From contig OZ249436.1 in NCBI GenBank assembly GCA_965235115.1, positions 5,644,001 through 5,708,000 on the forward strand: a stretch of 64,000 nt of DNA, read 5' to 3'. Of this stretch, positions 40,402-53,447 are shown one piece after another. Origin of the DNA: Laetmonice hystrix (Eukaryota). The first letter of the stretch is position 1. Every line of letters starts with the position of its first letter. Both the position numbers and the translations under genes were made by a program. A model generated the notes under the pieces. The model saw nothing but the letters and a program-made list of their open reading frames with translations. It was not told the origin of the DNA and searched no databases.

Positions 40402-41838
40402 GCAAACCGTGCAAAGTTGATTCAGTGCATTTCAACCATTCCGAAGAAAGACGTAATCTCGGCCTAATGGTGGAAAATGAGATTCACTGCCTCTCTATCT
40501 TACGGCCCATTCATATAATGTCCCCGGCAGACATTATAATATAACTCGGTGATTATATAGCCTAGGCTATCGTTAACTGTCGAGGGTGTAACCCAATGAT
40601 ATTGTCAGTCAAGGAAACTGCATCCCCGAGTCTGGAGACGACCATTGTCTTACCCAGCTTTGATGTCTGCCAGGTCGGCTGTTGTTGGAGGCGAGGAGCT
40701 CCATTCTACACGAACAAGTTTTCCTTGACAAGTCTTCATTGACGAGTGATGTGCCCGCGTACTTGGCGTTAAAAAGCTAGCACACTCAGCTTTCCGATGA
40801 CGAGTGGGAATTGACAAGTGGCACTCATTCTGACTTCAACAGACATCTCACCAACACGATGTACAAACTGGACAATAGCAACCGTTCTTACCCCCATAAA
40901 GTTTCAACATAACGATATTCAGTGGCGGATCCAAAGGAGGGGCTAAGGGGGCTCCACCCCCCACCCCCCATTCTGGACGATGGTATTCCTAGGCGTACTT
41001 TCTTTCATCATCCAATTATGACAATATTTATCATATGTTTTAGGCCTAGGCCTAATAATAAATCATAATAAAACCGATCATAATAAAACTCATGCTTACT
41101 TACTTGCAAGAGCCTTTGTCGTCAGTGCGAGTTCGTTCACCGTCCATCAGTGGTCTTTAATGTTCCTTTTAGCTTCACTCAACAAACCACACGTGTGTAT
41201 TTCGTACCTATTACAAGATACACAAAGCATGTGTAGCAGTTTCGGTAGTATATAGGTCAGAAGTACGACTCCCTCTTCCAGTCGGAACACGGTATAGGAC
41301 GCGTTGTCGTTGAGAGGATAGTGTACATGCGTGGCATATCATCGTGTGGAAGTTGGCCGGGCAGTGTTGGTGCCGCACTGGCCTGGCTGAGGACGACTGT
41401 GGTGGTGATCGTATGGGAGGCTGGGCGGGGACTGGTAGGTAGGAAGGCAGGCCAGCTATCTTCACCAACACCAAGCAACAGCCGTGCCGCCTCATCTAGT
41501 GGGGCCGGGCAGGGACGCGTCCACTGGGTCCAAACCGCCACTGGCTCATATCAAGGAGCTATAGGCGCCCATTACGAACAGAACGGGTGAGATTGAGAAG
41601 ACGAGGTGGTGCGATCAATACATACAAAGATCCAACCAGGTATGCCATCCCACCTGCAGGTAACAACACTCCTAAGGTGAGAGAGGATGTACAGAACATG
41701 GAGTTTGACTCCATCGTTATGTCTGTGTTTCCTATGGAGAAGGGGAGGGGGGGTCCAGAAAAAGACGCGTGTGCTATATAGGGGACCTATAGCTAGAGAT
41801 AACGAATGCTCTGCGTCGAGTAGGGTTGGCACCATTCC

Positions 41839-42125
41839 CAGTGGCGTATCCAGAAATGGGTTGGGGGTTGGGGGGTCCTAAGTTTAGGTAGGCCTACTTC
41901 AGTGATGGCCTTAGGCCATGCTCCTCTGGGAAATTAAATAAAGACATATAAAAATACAATCTCAGAACGTCTTGTTTGGAAATATGAGGATTTCCTTTGG
42001 CTAAAATAATGCACTTTTTACACTCCTGACGTCCTGTTTTCCAAAAATGTCCTCAATATCATAATTTTTTTCAGGGGGGGGGGGGGATTCCGGGATACGT
42101 GGAAACCCCTCTGGATACGCCACTG
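41839..42125. mobile_element. hAT-like MITE (CAGTGGCGTATCCAG TIR)
   Basis: Perfect TIR CAGTGGCGTATCCAGA...TCTGGATACGCCACTG with flanks ATTCC/ATTTC. Related single ends occur near 50-66, 19898, 40920 and 47405-47422. Confidence 0.85.
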
Positions 42126-42827
42126 ATTTCATAAACATGAAAATAACTATCAAAGATTCCAAGAGAACTGCTGTGAAGGAAGTTCCGAGGAAAAGGTCAA
42201 ATGTCACATTGGTTCGCGGCAGGACCACCAATTCCCTGCAGCTGTGAACGAAATGAGATGGAGACGAACAGTTATTTGGAGCTACATTATACCGCACTGC
42301 CAACCCAGAAAATAATAAATACTCCGCGAAAACACTTATTTATTATTCAACGCTGTGTCGGAACTAACCAAGCAACGCTTTATGGCGTCCATTATTACGG
42401 ATGCAGTTTATAGATTGCAGTAGTTCATTTCACCACCAGTTATTATGTAACGAAATGCAGCAACTATTTGTAGGTCTAATCATCGTCCTCTCCAGGCATA
42501 ACTGTGGAGGTGTTCAGATTTTCCAGTTTGATTTCGAAAGTTTGCAGTAGAACCAATGACCAATAAATAGGTAGTAGGCCTACTAAATGGCGTGAACGAT
42601 TGGGGTATGCTACAAATGAACTTTTAAGTGATCTGTAGGCCTAATAGTTATTTTACCTGTGCTGCAAGCTGAAAAATTGCAACCACAGCAAATGGCGTGA
42701 GTACTGGGGCCATTACCAAAGACAAAGGTTAGGGTTAGGGTTTGACTGAGTGTCGTCCCAGTTGCCAGCCTATCACAGAGGCAAGGTTTAATAGGGTTAT
42801 TTGTTTGTTAGCTCCAGAAGGCGGTCC

Positions 42828-43191
42828 CGGACGGTACCGAACGGTTCCGGACGGTTCCGGGCGGTACCGAACGGTTCCGGGCGGTACCGGGCGGTACCGG
42901 GCGGTACCGAACGGTTCCGGACGGTACCGAACGGTTCCGGGCGGTTCCGGGCGGTTCCGGATGGTACCGAACGGTTCCGGGCGGTACCGAACGGTTCCGG
43001 ACGGTACCGAACGGTTCCGGACGGTACCGAACGGTTCCGGGCGGTACCGAGCGGTTCCGGACGGTTCCGGACGGTTCCAGGCGGTACCGAACGGTTCCGG
43101 GCGGTTCCGGGCGTACCGAGCGGTTCCGGATGGTTCCGGGTGGTTCCAGGCGGTACCGAACGGTTCCGAACGGGTCCGGACGGTACCGAAC
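42828..43191. repeat. Array of 10-bp units (ACGGTACCGA / ACGGTTCCGG / GCGGTACCGG)
   Basis: Direct reading. It is stop-free, giving ORFs in five frames. Confidence 0.93.
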
Positions 43192-43518
43192 CCATACCAT
43201 TGAAGATTCATGTCAGTCAGCCCCCCACCCCCCCCCCCCGGTTAATATACCGTGATCACCGTGACGACGTAAACAAGTTTTAAATCGATACAAACTACAT
43301 CGACAGAAGGGATGGACCAGGCCCATAATGTCCGCATCACCAGGCTATACTGCTGCCATCTAGTGGCTACAATCGATGACGGTTTAATTAAAGCAAATAT
43401 TCGGAGCGACCTCTGCCGATACCGAACATAGAGAAATACGTTGTTGTTCTATAATAACGCTCACAATATAATACAGTTGATTACATTATTGAATAGGCAT
43501 TCTGGAGATCCGATTGGT

Positions 43519-43747
43519 TGTATGGTTATCTGAGTTTCAATGGCCCTGTTATGTAGGTATAGGTTGTATTGTTATCTGAGTTTCAATGGCCCTGTTATGT
43601 AGGTATAGGTTGTATTGTTATCTGAGTTTCAATGGCCCTGTTATGTAGGTATAGGTTGTATTGTTATCTGAGTTTCAATGGCCCTGTTATGTAGGTATAG
43701 GTTGTATTGTTATCTGAGTTTCAATGGCCCTGTTATGTAGGTATAGG
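43519..43747. repeat. Tandem repeat, 46-bp unit, ~5 copies
   Basis: GTTATCTGAGTTTCAATGGCCCTGTTATGTAGGTATAGGTTGTATT. Confidence 0.94.
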
Positions 43748-44845
43748 GGTGCCTATTAACGTTTGCTACTCATAAACAGATTCAACAATGCCGCTAAACC
43801 GCGAATTCGGAAACCATTCGATTTCTCTCTGCTGACGTTTGTTAGGGCCCTACAATTAGCTGAGCATTACAGGCATATTTAAGAATCATTCTTCACCGTT
43901 TAAAGCAATTAGCGAGTGTCTGTCCTTTCAATGACTCCACAATGCAGATATATAGATCTAGGCCTATGGGCTGTTAGGTTAGAATAGATAAGGCCTTAGA
44001 CTACATACATCAATAAATGTAGCCTATACCCACAGAAATGGACAAATCTAATGAAATTCTTCATTCCAGTTGCCTGTTGTCGCTATGAAGCGAACGGCTC
44101 ATGGCTGGTTGTTGACTTGGCATTGACTTAACGAGCCAATGAATTCATCGGGCGATTTGGAGTCATTGAAACGAGAGATAGACTCTACTCGCTGGTTGCT
44201 TTAAGAGAATGACTCACGCCAATTGGTTCTCTTTGATACTTTATACAAACTTCAGTCAAGAAACGTGGAGCTAGAAATCCATCTCGGTATACCCTAGTCC
44301 AGCTACTCCTCCCTGTCCCAGCTCCAACAACTATAATAATATGACTAGATCAACAGGCTTTTTCAAACGGCCCTCTCGTTAGTCGGAGTTTCGTTTGCAA
44401 GGTTGATTTTCAGCAGCACTACAGGTGAAGCGCCGTCTGGCGGGAAAAGCTGACACCTTCAGTACGTTGTTCGGCTTCGCATTCATGAGCATTGTGACAT
44501 GGAAGGGAAGCCTCTCAGGTTTATTTTTTCTCGAATCTTTTAAAGAAATTAGGTAAAATTTCTCTCAAATAATTGTTGTTAGAGTTCGTTCCTTGTCCCA
44601 TAAACTTTAACCACGCATTAGCAAACATGAAAGTAGGGTGCCTATTCTTTTAAAATATAGGTTTCACAGTGGCTAGTAGGCCTCCATAATGTCATATAAT
44701 TTATTACGTCTACGCCACCATTCTATTATAGGCTTAAACAGAACTGCGCCAGAGCCCTGCCTTACACGTAGGCCTTAAATCCCACTGGCCGTTCACCAAA
44801 ACTTCTCGGCTTTTTCATACTGTTTAATCCCGTTTGTCACTGCCA

Positions 44846-45035
44846 GCATTGCATAAAATGTCCCGCTCGTTAAATCCTCCGCTGCCTGTCCGTTAACGAG
44901 CTGTTGCGTTGCATAATAAATTCCCACCCACTACAATTCCCGTTAACTGTTGTTTTTTAACGGGAATCTAAAAAGGTCCCCGCTATTTAACGAGGCATTT
45001 TAACGGAGCGAGCGGGGATTTGTTATACAATTATC
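44846..45035. mobile_element. Degenerate palindromic MITE remnant
   Basis: TTGCATAAAATGTCCCGCTCGTTAAA... is imperfectly inverted at TTAACGGAGCGAGCGGGGATTTGTTATACAA. Confidence 0.45.
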
Positions 45036-45994
45036 CGATACCAAACGACACATATTTCTATTTGTATTCAGAGGAATGGCTAGGCGAAACAGGTAATAAT
45101 TATCTTTGATGATCCGTCACACGCCTCATTAACTGGTCAGTTTATAAATCAAGTTGACAGCTGAAAAACGTTTTAATGTCCATTTAAATGGAAGCTGCTT
45201 AACAATGAGTCTCCTTTGGCCATGAATTTTATGATCCACATGGGATGCAATAAAAACTGGCTGTATATCACGTATTAGGCCTAAACAAACATTACACATG
45301 CAGTTACAACAACACCAAACCTCCACGCTATACACTTGTATATGAACACGATTCAAAATCTCATTTTCAATTCGAAAGCTATATCTCCTTCCATTTATGA
45401 ATATTTAATTCTTGAATCTTTAATTTAATCGGAGCAATTATTTATCGTTCGTTGCAGTTACAACATTTCAGAATAGGTCTAGAGGACCTTTACCTCTGTT
45501 TCGAGCGTTTGAAAAAGGCTGAATCATTTATCTCGTGAAAAAGTTGTAGCACATCTACAGAATGTCTATTTGGCAAACAATCGATCCGCCGCTCTAACGT
45601 CTTGTCGTGTAGTTTATGGGAACAAAAGTACAATAACCATGCAGACAATGGAGCTCTATCAGTGACATCTTTCCCAGAGCCCTCCCAGCTCCCATATATG
45701 GGCATTCCGTATAGAAGGGCTCGTCAGTCTGGCCATTGTATTCCCTCCTCACTTGACTAAAAAACAACGTTTCAGATTGCAGGTAAATGTCTCTTTCCCC
45801 TCCCCACAGACTCGTGTATTTACCGTGTAAGTCTATGTTATACGGATCTGTAATGTGACTAATCTTGACGTCATTGACCTGGAGAACATATGCAAACTAA
45901 AAATCATAGACTATTATACTGGTTAGTAGCTTACTAGTGTTTCTAAACGTATGTTGACATCGTTCTGTCAGTATATACATGCAAGTTTTCATGC

Positions 45995-47307
45995 TTATAT
46001 TAGTCGTGTTGCATACGCACTTTTACGGCCCTTTGTCGGGAGCCCCCTAACATTGCGTTCTCCGGGTGTAATTGCTGGGAGCCCCCTAACATTGCGTTCT
46101 CCTGGTGTAATTGCTGGGAGCCCCCGAACATTGCGTTCTCCGGGTGTAATTGCCGGGAGACCCCTAACATTGCGTACCCCGGGTGTGATTGCCGGGAGAC
46201 CCCTAACATTGCGTACCCCGGGTGTGATTGCCGGGAGACCCCGCACATTGCGTACTCCCGGTGTGATTGGCCGGGCTAGACCCGCCGTTAGGGGGCGCGA
46301 TTTACTCTCCTTCCGTTGAGGACCGGAAGTGCGAGCGCGAACCTGAACGGCAGGTTTAGTCTTCCCCTTGTCTTTTTTCAAAATTGAACTAGGAGCCTTC
46401 GATGGCTTTGGTTCGGGTGAACCTGCAATTGAATTTTCTGGGGATAGGCTCTCTATTTTTAGGCCATCCTGGTTGTTTTTCTGTGGCTTTGCTGGTGGGG
46501 CTGTCACTGCAGTCGGCAGCTGCTCAATGCTTGTAACAGAACCAAAGTCACTGTCCACATAGGCGACCTTTGGTAACGGCAGAGAGGACCCCGCGTGATT
46601 TCCCGCCTTGCCGGGAGTCGTAACTCCTGCTGACTCTGCAATCTTTATCTTGTCCCCAGCCATCAAATATTTGGTGTACGGCTGAGGCCCAGCGGGGGGT
46701 CCAGCACCTCCCGGGCAGTCCGGGGGGTCGCCGATATTTTTAATATCGATTGGAATGAAATCATTCGTTTGTCTGCCAACATCGTCCGGACTATTGTTTT
46801 CTTCTCCCTCGGCAATGGAATCGTTGGTTGATGGTTGGAAGGCCAGCTGAGATGATGTGGGTTGGAGGGTTTGCCCAGGCTGCTCTGCCAGGGGATTTTG
46901 TTCCGAGGGCGGGCCCACAAATAATGTTGCCGCTTGCCTCTTTTTCCGAATAACTGAGGCACGGGCCAACCACTTCATGCCATATTTACGGACGAGTTCA
47001 AGTTCTCGTCTCCTCCTCTGACCAACTCTGCGAACTTTTGCGGCGCTGAAGTTAAGAATTGCCAGACGTGTCTTTAAAAGGCCCTTTGTGTGCTCGCTGA
47101 TGTCGCTGGCATCGTCACGGAGTTCAAACTTGTCGTGGATTCGGTCCACAAACCTGGCTACCAGTCCGCCGATCAAAATGATCAGTCCGAGTCCTAGCAG
47201 TGTTAGTACTGATTTTGGTATGATGTCGTCTAAAATAAAGTTGTATGTTACTGTTGGAGTCGAAGTCGAGACGTTTCCTTGGTCCAGGAACGTCGTAATG
47301 TTGATAC
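45995..47307 (-). CDS. Exon 2 of an uncharacterised type I single-pass membrane protein (TM helix plus long cytoplasmic tail with 13-aa repeats)
   Basis: Long ORF preceded by acceptor TTCTATGTTTCAG|GT at 47308 (phase 1). TM segment SVLTLLGLGLIILIGGLVA. N-glycosylation sequons NIT and NVS lie before the TM. Confidence 0.8.
46034..46270 (-). repeat. Coding minisatellite, 39-bp unit encoding ITPG(V/E)RNVRGLPA x6
   Basis: Direct reading within the ORF. Confidence 0.9.
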
Positions 47308-47475
47308 CTGAAACATAGAAGTTCAGAGGAAGATTCAACATTCACGAGGGGGGGGGGGCTAGACATGGGGGGGGGGGGGTAGTCTACGGTCTGAGATGCA
47401 ACCTCCCTTGATCCACCGCTGCAGTTTTTGACCTAGGCGTGTATTAGGCCTATAATGATTCTGCCAGGAAACTTG

Positions 47476-48070
47476 CTGAACTGTTTTGGCAGTTATAATA
47501 AATGAATGGGTACAATTTTGACTTAGGGCGTGTATTGAACTGTTTTGGCAGCTATAATGAATGAATGGGTACAATTTTGACTTGGGCGTGTATTGAACTG
47601 TTTTGGCTGTTATAATAAATGAATGGGTACAATTTTGACTTGGGGCGTGTATTGAACTGTTTTGGCTGTTATAATAAATGAATGGGTACAATTTTGACTT
47701 GGGGCGTGTATTGAACTGTTTTGGCTGTTATAATAAATGAATGGGTACAATTTTGACTTGGGCGTGTATTGAACTGTTTTGGCTGTTATAATGAATGAAG
47801 GGGTACAATTTTGACTTGGGCGTGTATTGAACTGTTTTGGCTGTTATAATGAATGAATGGGTACAATTTTGACTCGGGCGTGTATTGAACTGTTTTGGCT
47901 GTTATAATGAATGAATGTGTACAATTTTGACTCGGGCGTGCTTGGGCGTGTATTGAACTGTTTTGGCTGTTATAATAAATGAATGGGTACAATTTTGAGT
48001 TGGGCGTGTATTGAACTGTTTTGGCTGGTATAATGAATGAATGGATACAATTTTGACTTGGGCGTGTATT
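47476..48070. repeat. Intronic tandem repeat, 58-59-bp unit, ~10 copies
   Basis: TGAACTGTTTTGGCTGTTATAATAAATGAATGGGTACAATTTTGACTTGGGCGTGTAT. Confidence 0.95.
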
Positions 48071-48350
48071 TATGATATGATGTCACTCGACTTAATTATT
48101 TTGTCGGGAAACTTTTTAAGCTGTTTTTGGCAGTTAAATGGATAGAAGAATCTTAGTTGTTGCACATTATCGTGTTTTGCGTTCCTTTTAATGGAAATAA
48201 TAAAAAGTTCAGGATGGTGCATGTGAACGATGAACCGAAGGTTTTATAATGACGTATCGCGTTGTCGAGAGAGTAAGAATAGGCGCCTATGTTTAAATAG
48301 TTTTGTGGAAATCATGTGGCAGATGTTGTTCAAAACCGACATATACTTAC

Positions 48351-48420
48351 TAGCAGTATGTGCAATATCAATGTGTAGAAGAGCAGTCAGGAAGATGAAG
48401 GCCCCACTAAAATCGCCCAT
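48351..48420 (-). CDS. Exon 1 (signal peptide MGDFSGAFIFLTALLHIDIAHTA) of the membrane-protein gene
   Basis: ATG, hydrophobic core, then A|GTAAGT consensus donor at 48350. Phase 1 matches the 47308 acceptor, giving 70+1313 nt = 460 aa plus stop. In-frame upstream ATGs to 48609 are alternative starts. Confidence 0.72.
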
Positions 48421-49335
48421 AGTAAATGACGCCCAGTTGTGTACTCGGGAGAAAATGTTGTAAATTGTCGGCGAGCGAGCCGTCTGCTCAACAGCTCCGA
48501 CAGAAAAAGCCAGATCGAGTTTGGAAGCGTGATGGCACTCCGCACCTGTCCTCCATAATGGTGTCATGGTGGAACCTGCAGCTCGTGAGAAATGTCCATC
48601 ACACCTCATCGAAAGACTTTGTCACATCCGGGCCTCTCGCGTTCATTGCCACCAACTGTGCACATCGTGGGGAGACGCCAACATTTCGGTACGAATCCGA
48701 CGTATCCCTGCCGAGCCGTATCTCAGCGGGAGTTTTAGGTCGTGATCCGTCAGCCACCAAACAATGAGCAGTTGAAATGCTCACATTTTCCCTCTTTATG
48801 TTTGGTTTCCGAGATAAAGTACCGTAAAGTACCGCGATCTCTCAGCTATCATGGGAAAGAAACCAAGAAATGTTCCCGTTGTTCTACGCTGCTTGATGAA
48901 ATCCATCCAGGAAAGCAACGCTTGAATCTGAGAACTAAATCGTTTGAATTTGTTCTCTCTCCCAAGGGACGTGCTCGACAAATAAATGCATTGCAAAGTT
49001 ATCAGTTTCCATTGAGCTTCGAATGGGGAGGAACATTTCAAAAGGAGCCGTGAATAATGTAGGTCTTTTCTTCAAATCCTTAGTGTAGCTCACTAGAGAC
49101 TGGAACACCTCGTTCGTATTAGAAAAGGCAGCTCGTTGTATCCGGATTTCACGCTAGGCGGCTCGCCCACTCGCCCGCTCGCTCACTCGCCCACTCTTCG
49201 ACTGGCACTGCGACCTGTCTCGTAAACCATGTTTAGCCATGTTGTCGAAGGTAAAGTGATTAGGAATTGATCTATGCCTCCTCATTGTGCTTGGGCTTAT
49301 TAACTAAAGGCTAGCTAAGTATATCAGCGCAACTG

Positions 49336-51743
49336 GGGCCCGTTTCATAACTCGTTAAGAAAATGCGTTAATTAGTACGCGCTCGTTTATATACTAGCGC
49401 GAAGTTTAACGCATTTTGCGTAACGCCGTTTCATAACTCGTAAAATGATCGCGCGTAATAAGATGTACGTTGGGTTCGTTAATATACGCATTCGTGATTT
49501 AACGCTGAAAAGGCCGCTTGTGCTTGCGAAAAATATTAAATTTAGAGATCATACCAGGGCTGCGCCACCAATCACCACCTTGCGGTTCGATTGCGTACTA
49601 CAAGATTTATCAGAAGATTATCATCTTAAGTAGGCCACAATCATCCCCAAAATGTTCTAGTGTGAAGAGGTGAGTATAATGCTTAGTAGTGCAATCTCGT
49701 ACATTTCGTCAGAGGACGCGGATGTGAAAGGAGAGGAGCTTTCTTTCCAGAATAGGCCTAATATATTGTCATCAGGTTTTAGTCATGCGCCCCCAATAGT
49801 CATCTCTGAATCTGTGTTATCATAATATTTTGATTACTGTTATTTTGTAGCGCCAACGCTTACGGGCCAAGTTTTGGTGGAAGAGGATTCAGAAACACAG
49901 GGGCTCACCTCCGTTGTGCCAGGTGTGGGAACCGAGGGGTAGGGGCAAGGTGGCGATTCCCCAACTTTGTATTGGCGGGAATAATATCGTTTCGCCCCAA
50001 TCTAATTAACATTAGTTATTGGTATTCCGCATCTATATCGGTTGTGCCAGTGCTGTCTCCGCTCCATACCTATATAGTATGGAACACATGCGATGTAAAC
50101 TGCCAAGACTCCCATTCATAGATTACTGTTCCCGTAGTTGTGTTAGCTCAATGGTGAAAGTGTCAAGACACATTGCACAAGGTATTTGGGTTCGAACCCT
50201 GTTCGAACTATCGTTTTTCTTTGCTCTCATAGCCACATCCGGGTATTTTGTATCATGTGACCCTTTTTCCTGACATATCATTAAACCGCGCATTGGGCAG
50301 ACTAACGTCAACTAATGCAGACCGTACTGTTTATAATCTACGGACCCACACAGAAGTAAGTTTATATATTCGGTTTATCTCTTTCTCATGTATTTTCGTA
50401 TTGGGTCTAGTCAATTTATCAAATGTTATTACGGGTTATATTTATTGTATATTCGTCGGTTTCAGTTTTCGAACCTACAACTGCTATACTCATACCTACA
50501 ACTACAACTGCTACAACGAGATATGACACGGTTGTACCGATGAACGAATAAAGGAGTGTCAAAACAATGATGTGGTCCATTCTTAAATAGACGCAACTAC
50601 ATGCGACATAACTAAGCTCTCATTTTAATTAGATTGAGTTTCGCCCCCTCCCTATTATTTGCCAGTTATATTTTAATAACAGAGATATGCCACTGCCAGG
50701 AAACCAAAAATGGATTCCAAGCATCACAATAATTATGATGTCCTATTCAGTGGCAGCAGTAAGGAGACAAAGTTTACTTGTTGGTGCATATTTGATGAAG
50801 TCACTGCAGTAATGCGGGGGGGTCCAGGATTTTGTAACGGGGGGTTCAGAGGTAAAATTTGCTAAGGGGGAGGGGTCAGCACGGTCAATTCAGATGTTCT
50901 ATCGGGGAAAAAGAGACATTGGTTGACAAGGGGGCTTTGAAACCCCCACCCCACCCCCCTGGCGCTTTGCCGGGCCATGCCCCAGTCTCCCTCCCCCTCC
51001 AATGAAAATATGGTTCCCACGCCTATGGTCCCTATCCTAAAAGGAAACGAACCAAGCGTTGCTAAAATTTAAATACAAATATATGTGTTGGTGACACGAA
51101 CTGTATGTAGTGTGTTCATTGCAAGAAAATATATTATCTAAATGTTTGAATGACAGGTTCTCTGGTATGAAAACCGCGATGATTCATTGTCTGCCCCCTG
51201 TCTCCTTGTTGAGCCTCTGCTAAATGACGGCTAGATAGAGAGGGGGAGGCATGTATAATTATTGGTATCCCGCGATTAATTGCAAAATTGTGAAGACATG
51301 TTATTGCCAATACAATCCTATACTAGATGTCCCCGGGTCACTCTGGTACCCCCATGCACTGGCATCAAGACATCTGTGAATAATGAGAAATATTTCATGT
51401 CATATAATATATGACATAAAATCTTCATTATCCACAATATCAGGATTTTGGATGGCATTACGTTGGTATTGCACTGTCCTAGCCGTCATATTTGTTGATG
51501 TGCTCAGTGTAAATAATGTGTTAATTAACGATACTATCGTTAATTAGCGATAAATCAGTTAGCGAAGACTTAATCCGCACCTTTTTCATCCGCGCTAAAA
51601 AAATCCATTTAACGCGGAAATAACGCAAAATTTCGCAAGTAAACGCCCGCTTTACTAGTTATGCAACGGTTTAACGCGTTTTTCGTCGATTAACCGCGTT
51701 TTAGACCTTAGCGAGCGCATCAACTTAGTTATGAAACGGGCCC
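49336..51743 (-). mobile_element. Decayed PIF/Harbinger DNA transposon (2.4 kb) with nested MITE fragments
   Basis: TIR GGGCCCGTTTCATAACT at both ends, CTG TSD (49333-49335 and 51744-51746), and an internal transposase remnant. Confidence 0.88.
51258..51373 (-). pseudogene. Frameshifted Harbinger (HARBI1-like DDE) transposase C-terminal remnant
   Basis: After acceptor TTCACAG the minus strand reads CLDASAWGYQSDPGTSS, then a frameshift, then RIVLAITCLHNFAINRGIP. This resembles the Harbinger RFRCLD.SGG.L...P....I..AC..LHN motif. Confidence 0.7.
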
Positions 51744-53447
51744 CTGATGCGTAGACACCCGGAGATCAACGCGAGTTGTGACATCAAAGAACTTTAAGAT
51801 CTGCCCAGCTCAGGATGGTGACGATTTCTTGCCAACAGTTCTTACTTACATAATTCGGTCAGGAGATCAACTTGTTCATCCTCTGTCGCTATTATTAGGA
51901 GTGTGTAGCCTTCGTGTATCCCCTTATCACGCCAGAGGTCAGGGTTATTTGTTGTGCATTTGATCTTAGTTTATCCGCTTATTTGACATTGCACATAATT
52001 GCTCCCCTCCACCTAGCACGAAGTATCTACGACAGCGCCAGCCATGGTCACGTGTGTAGAATTCTGTGTATGAAATCTCTAAGATAACATCTTGATTCTT
52101 TTACAGCGTTGCTGCTGTACTGATTGCTAACAGATAAGGTTAACCATTGACCAGCATAGTTATAGTGTTCTGTTGTTGAACGGCCTTCTGAAACCTTACC
52201 GGGCTCGTAAATACGAGAAAATCCCACTTACCTCGGCGCCGTACCTGGCGGAAATATTTATATTGACCACTCTCAGGATTAGATCATTTCACAAGCTGAC
52301 AATGATGGCTGTTCTATTGACATTACCTACTCCTAACACGAATATTGGACAGGGGTCAGTTCCGTAAACCTGGTTAAATTGACGCGCACAAAAATACAAG
52401 GTTCAAAACGGGATCGGAGACCATGAGAGGCAAATTTAACATGTGCTGTGTTTACTACAATTCCATGGAAAAGGAAAACTCTTAGTCCTCCACATGACCA
52501 CCATTTCCTTACACACAGCTTTGCAGCCCCCCCCCCCCCCCCCCCCCCCCCAACATATCGTTGGATGCGGCCGGATGATCACCCTGGCACTTGGAACACT
52601 TCACAGGGTTCTGGCAGGTGGCGCTGCAAGTTACCGAAACAAACCTATGGCCGCATCACAGGATATGTCGAGAAGGGTGCAAAGCTGTATGTAAAGAAAT
52701 GACATGACATGAACTCTTTTAGTATTCTGTAAAGTCGGTATTTATTGATTGTTGTCTTATTCAATGGAAGTGTTATCCGCCGTGGTCTGGGATTCTTCAC
52801 TGCCTTCTCCTTGCGTCAAACTTGAAGCGGGTGCGTTTAACTGTTTGGAGAAGGTATTTGTATGAACCAGGGAGAGTTAGGTGTAAACTATATACAGGGC
52901 GTCTCTGAAAAAAAAACCGAAATCCTAAAATATCATCATTTCTTGAGAAAATGATACTAACTAGATATAGTGTATATCTGATAGGCCAAAACCTCCTCTG
53001 TCCTATCCCTATTCCTATCCATGACCTTAACCCGAACCCATGCCCAAACATTTCGTGGGGAAGTTATCATGGGGGAATAACCATTGGCTGCACTGGGATT
53101 GTGGAAAGAAAACAATAATAATTCGGTCAACTGTGACTCGATTGATGAATTTGACATACTATTGGGAAGGTTTTGGCCTATCATGCAGATACACTTGGTA
53201 ACTGATATGTAGTTAGTATATTTTAGGATTTCAGTTTTTCTGACACGTATAAACGAACAACTCGCGGTGTCTTTAACGATCGTACTTAGCTATAGCGAAC
53301 ACTGCATGGTTAGAATCGAGGTTTCCTATTTCACTTTTTCAATTGCCTGTCTTGTATATTTAATAATTATTAATAGTAAATAACTAAGTGCAAACTCGGG
53401 AGGGCTGAATGTTACCGACTCGTTTACTTTTGTTAGTTTGATCTGTG

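Noticed and set aside
41211..41590. GC-richer stretch with overlapping ~90-aa ORFs
   Set aside because: No recognisable motif or convincing splice signals
49202..49221. CTGGCACTGCGACCTGTCTC resembling the 77-bp satellite unit
   Set aside because: The match is only 13 bp plus a gapped extension, which is insufficient to claim homology
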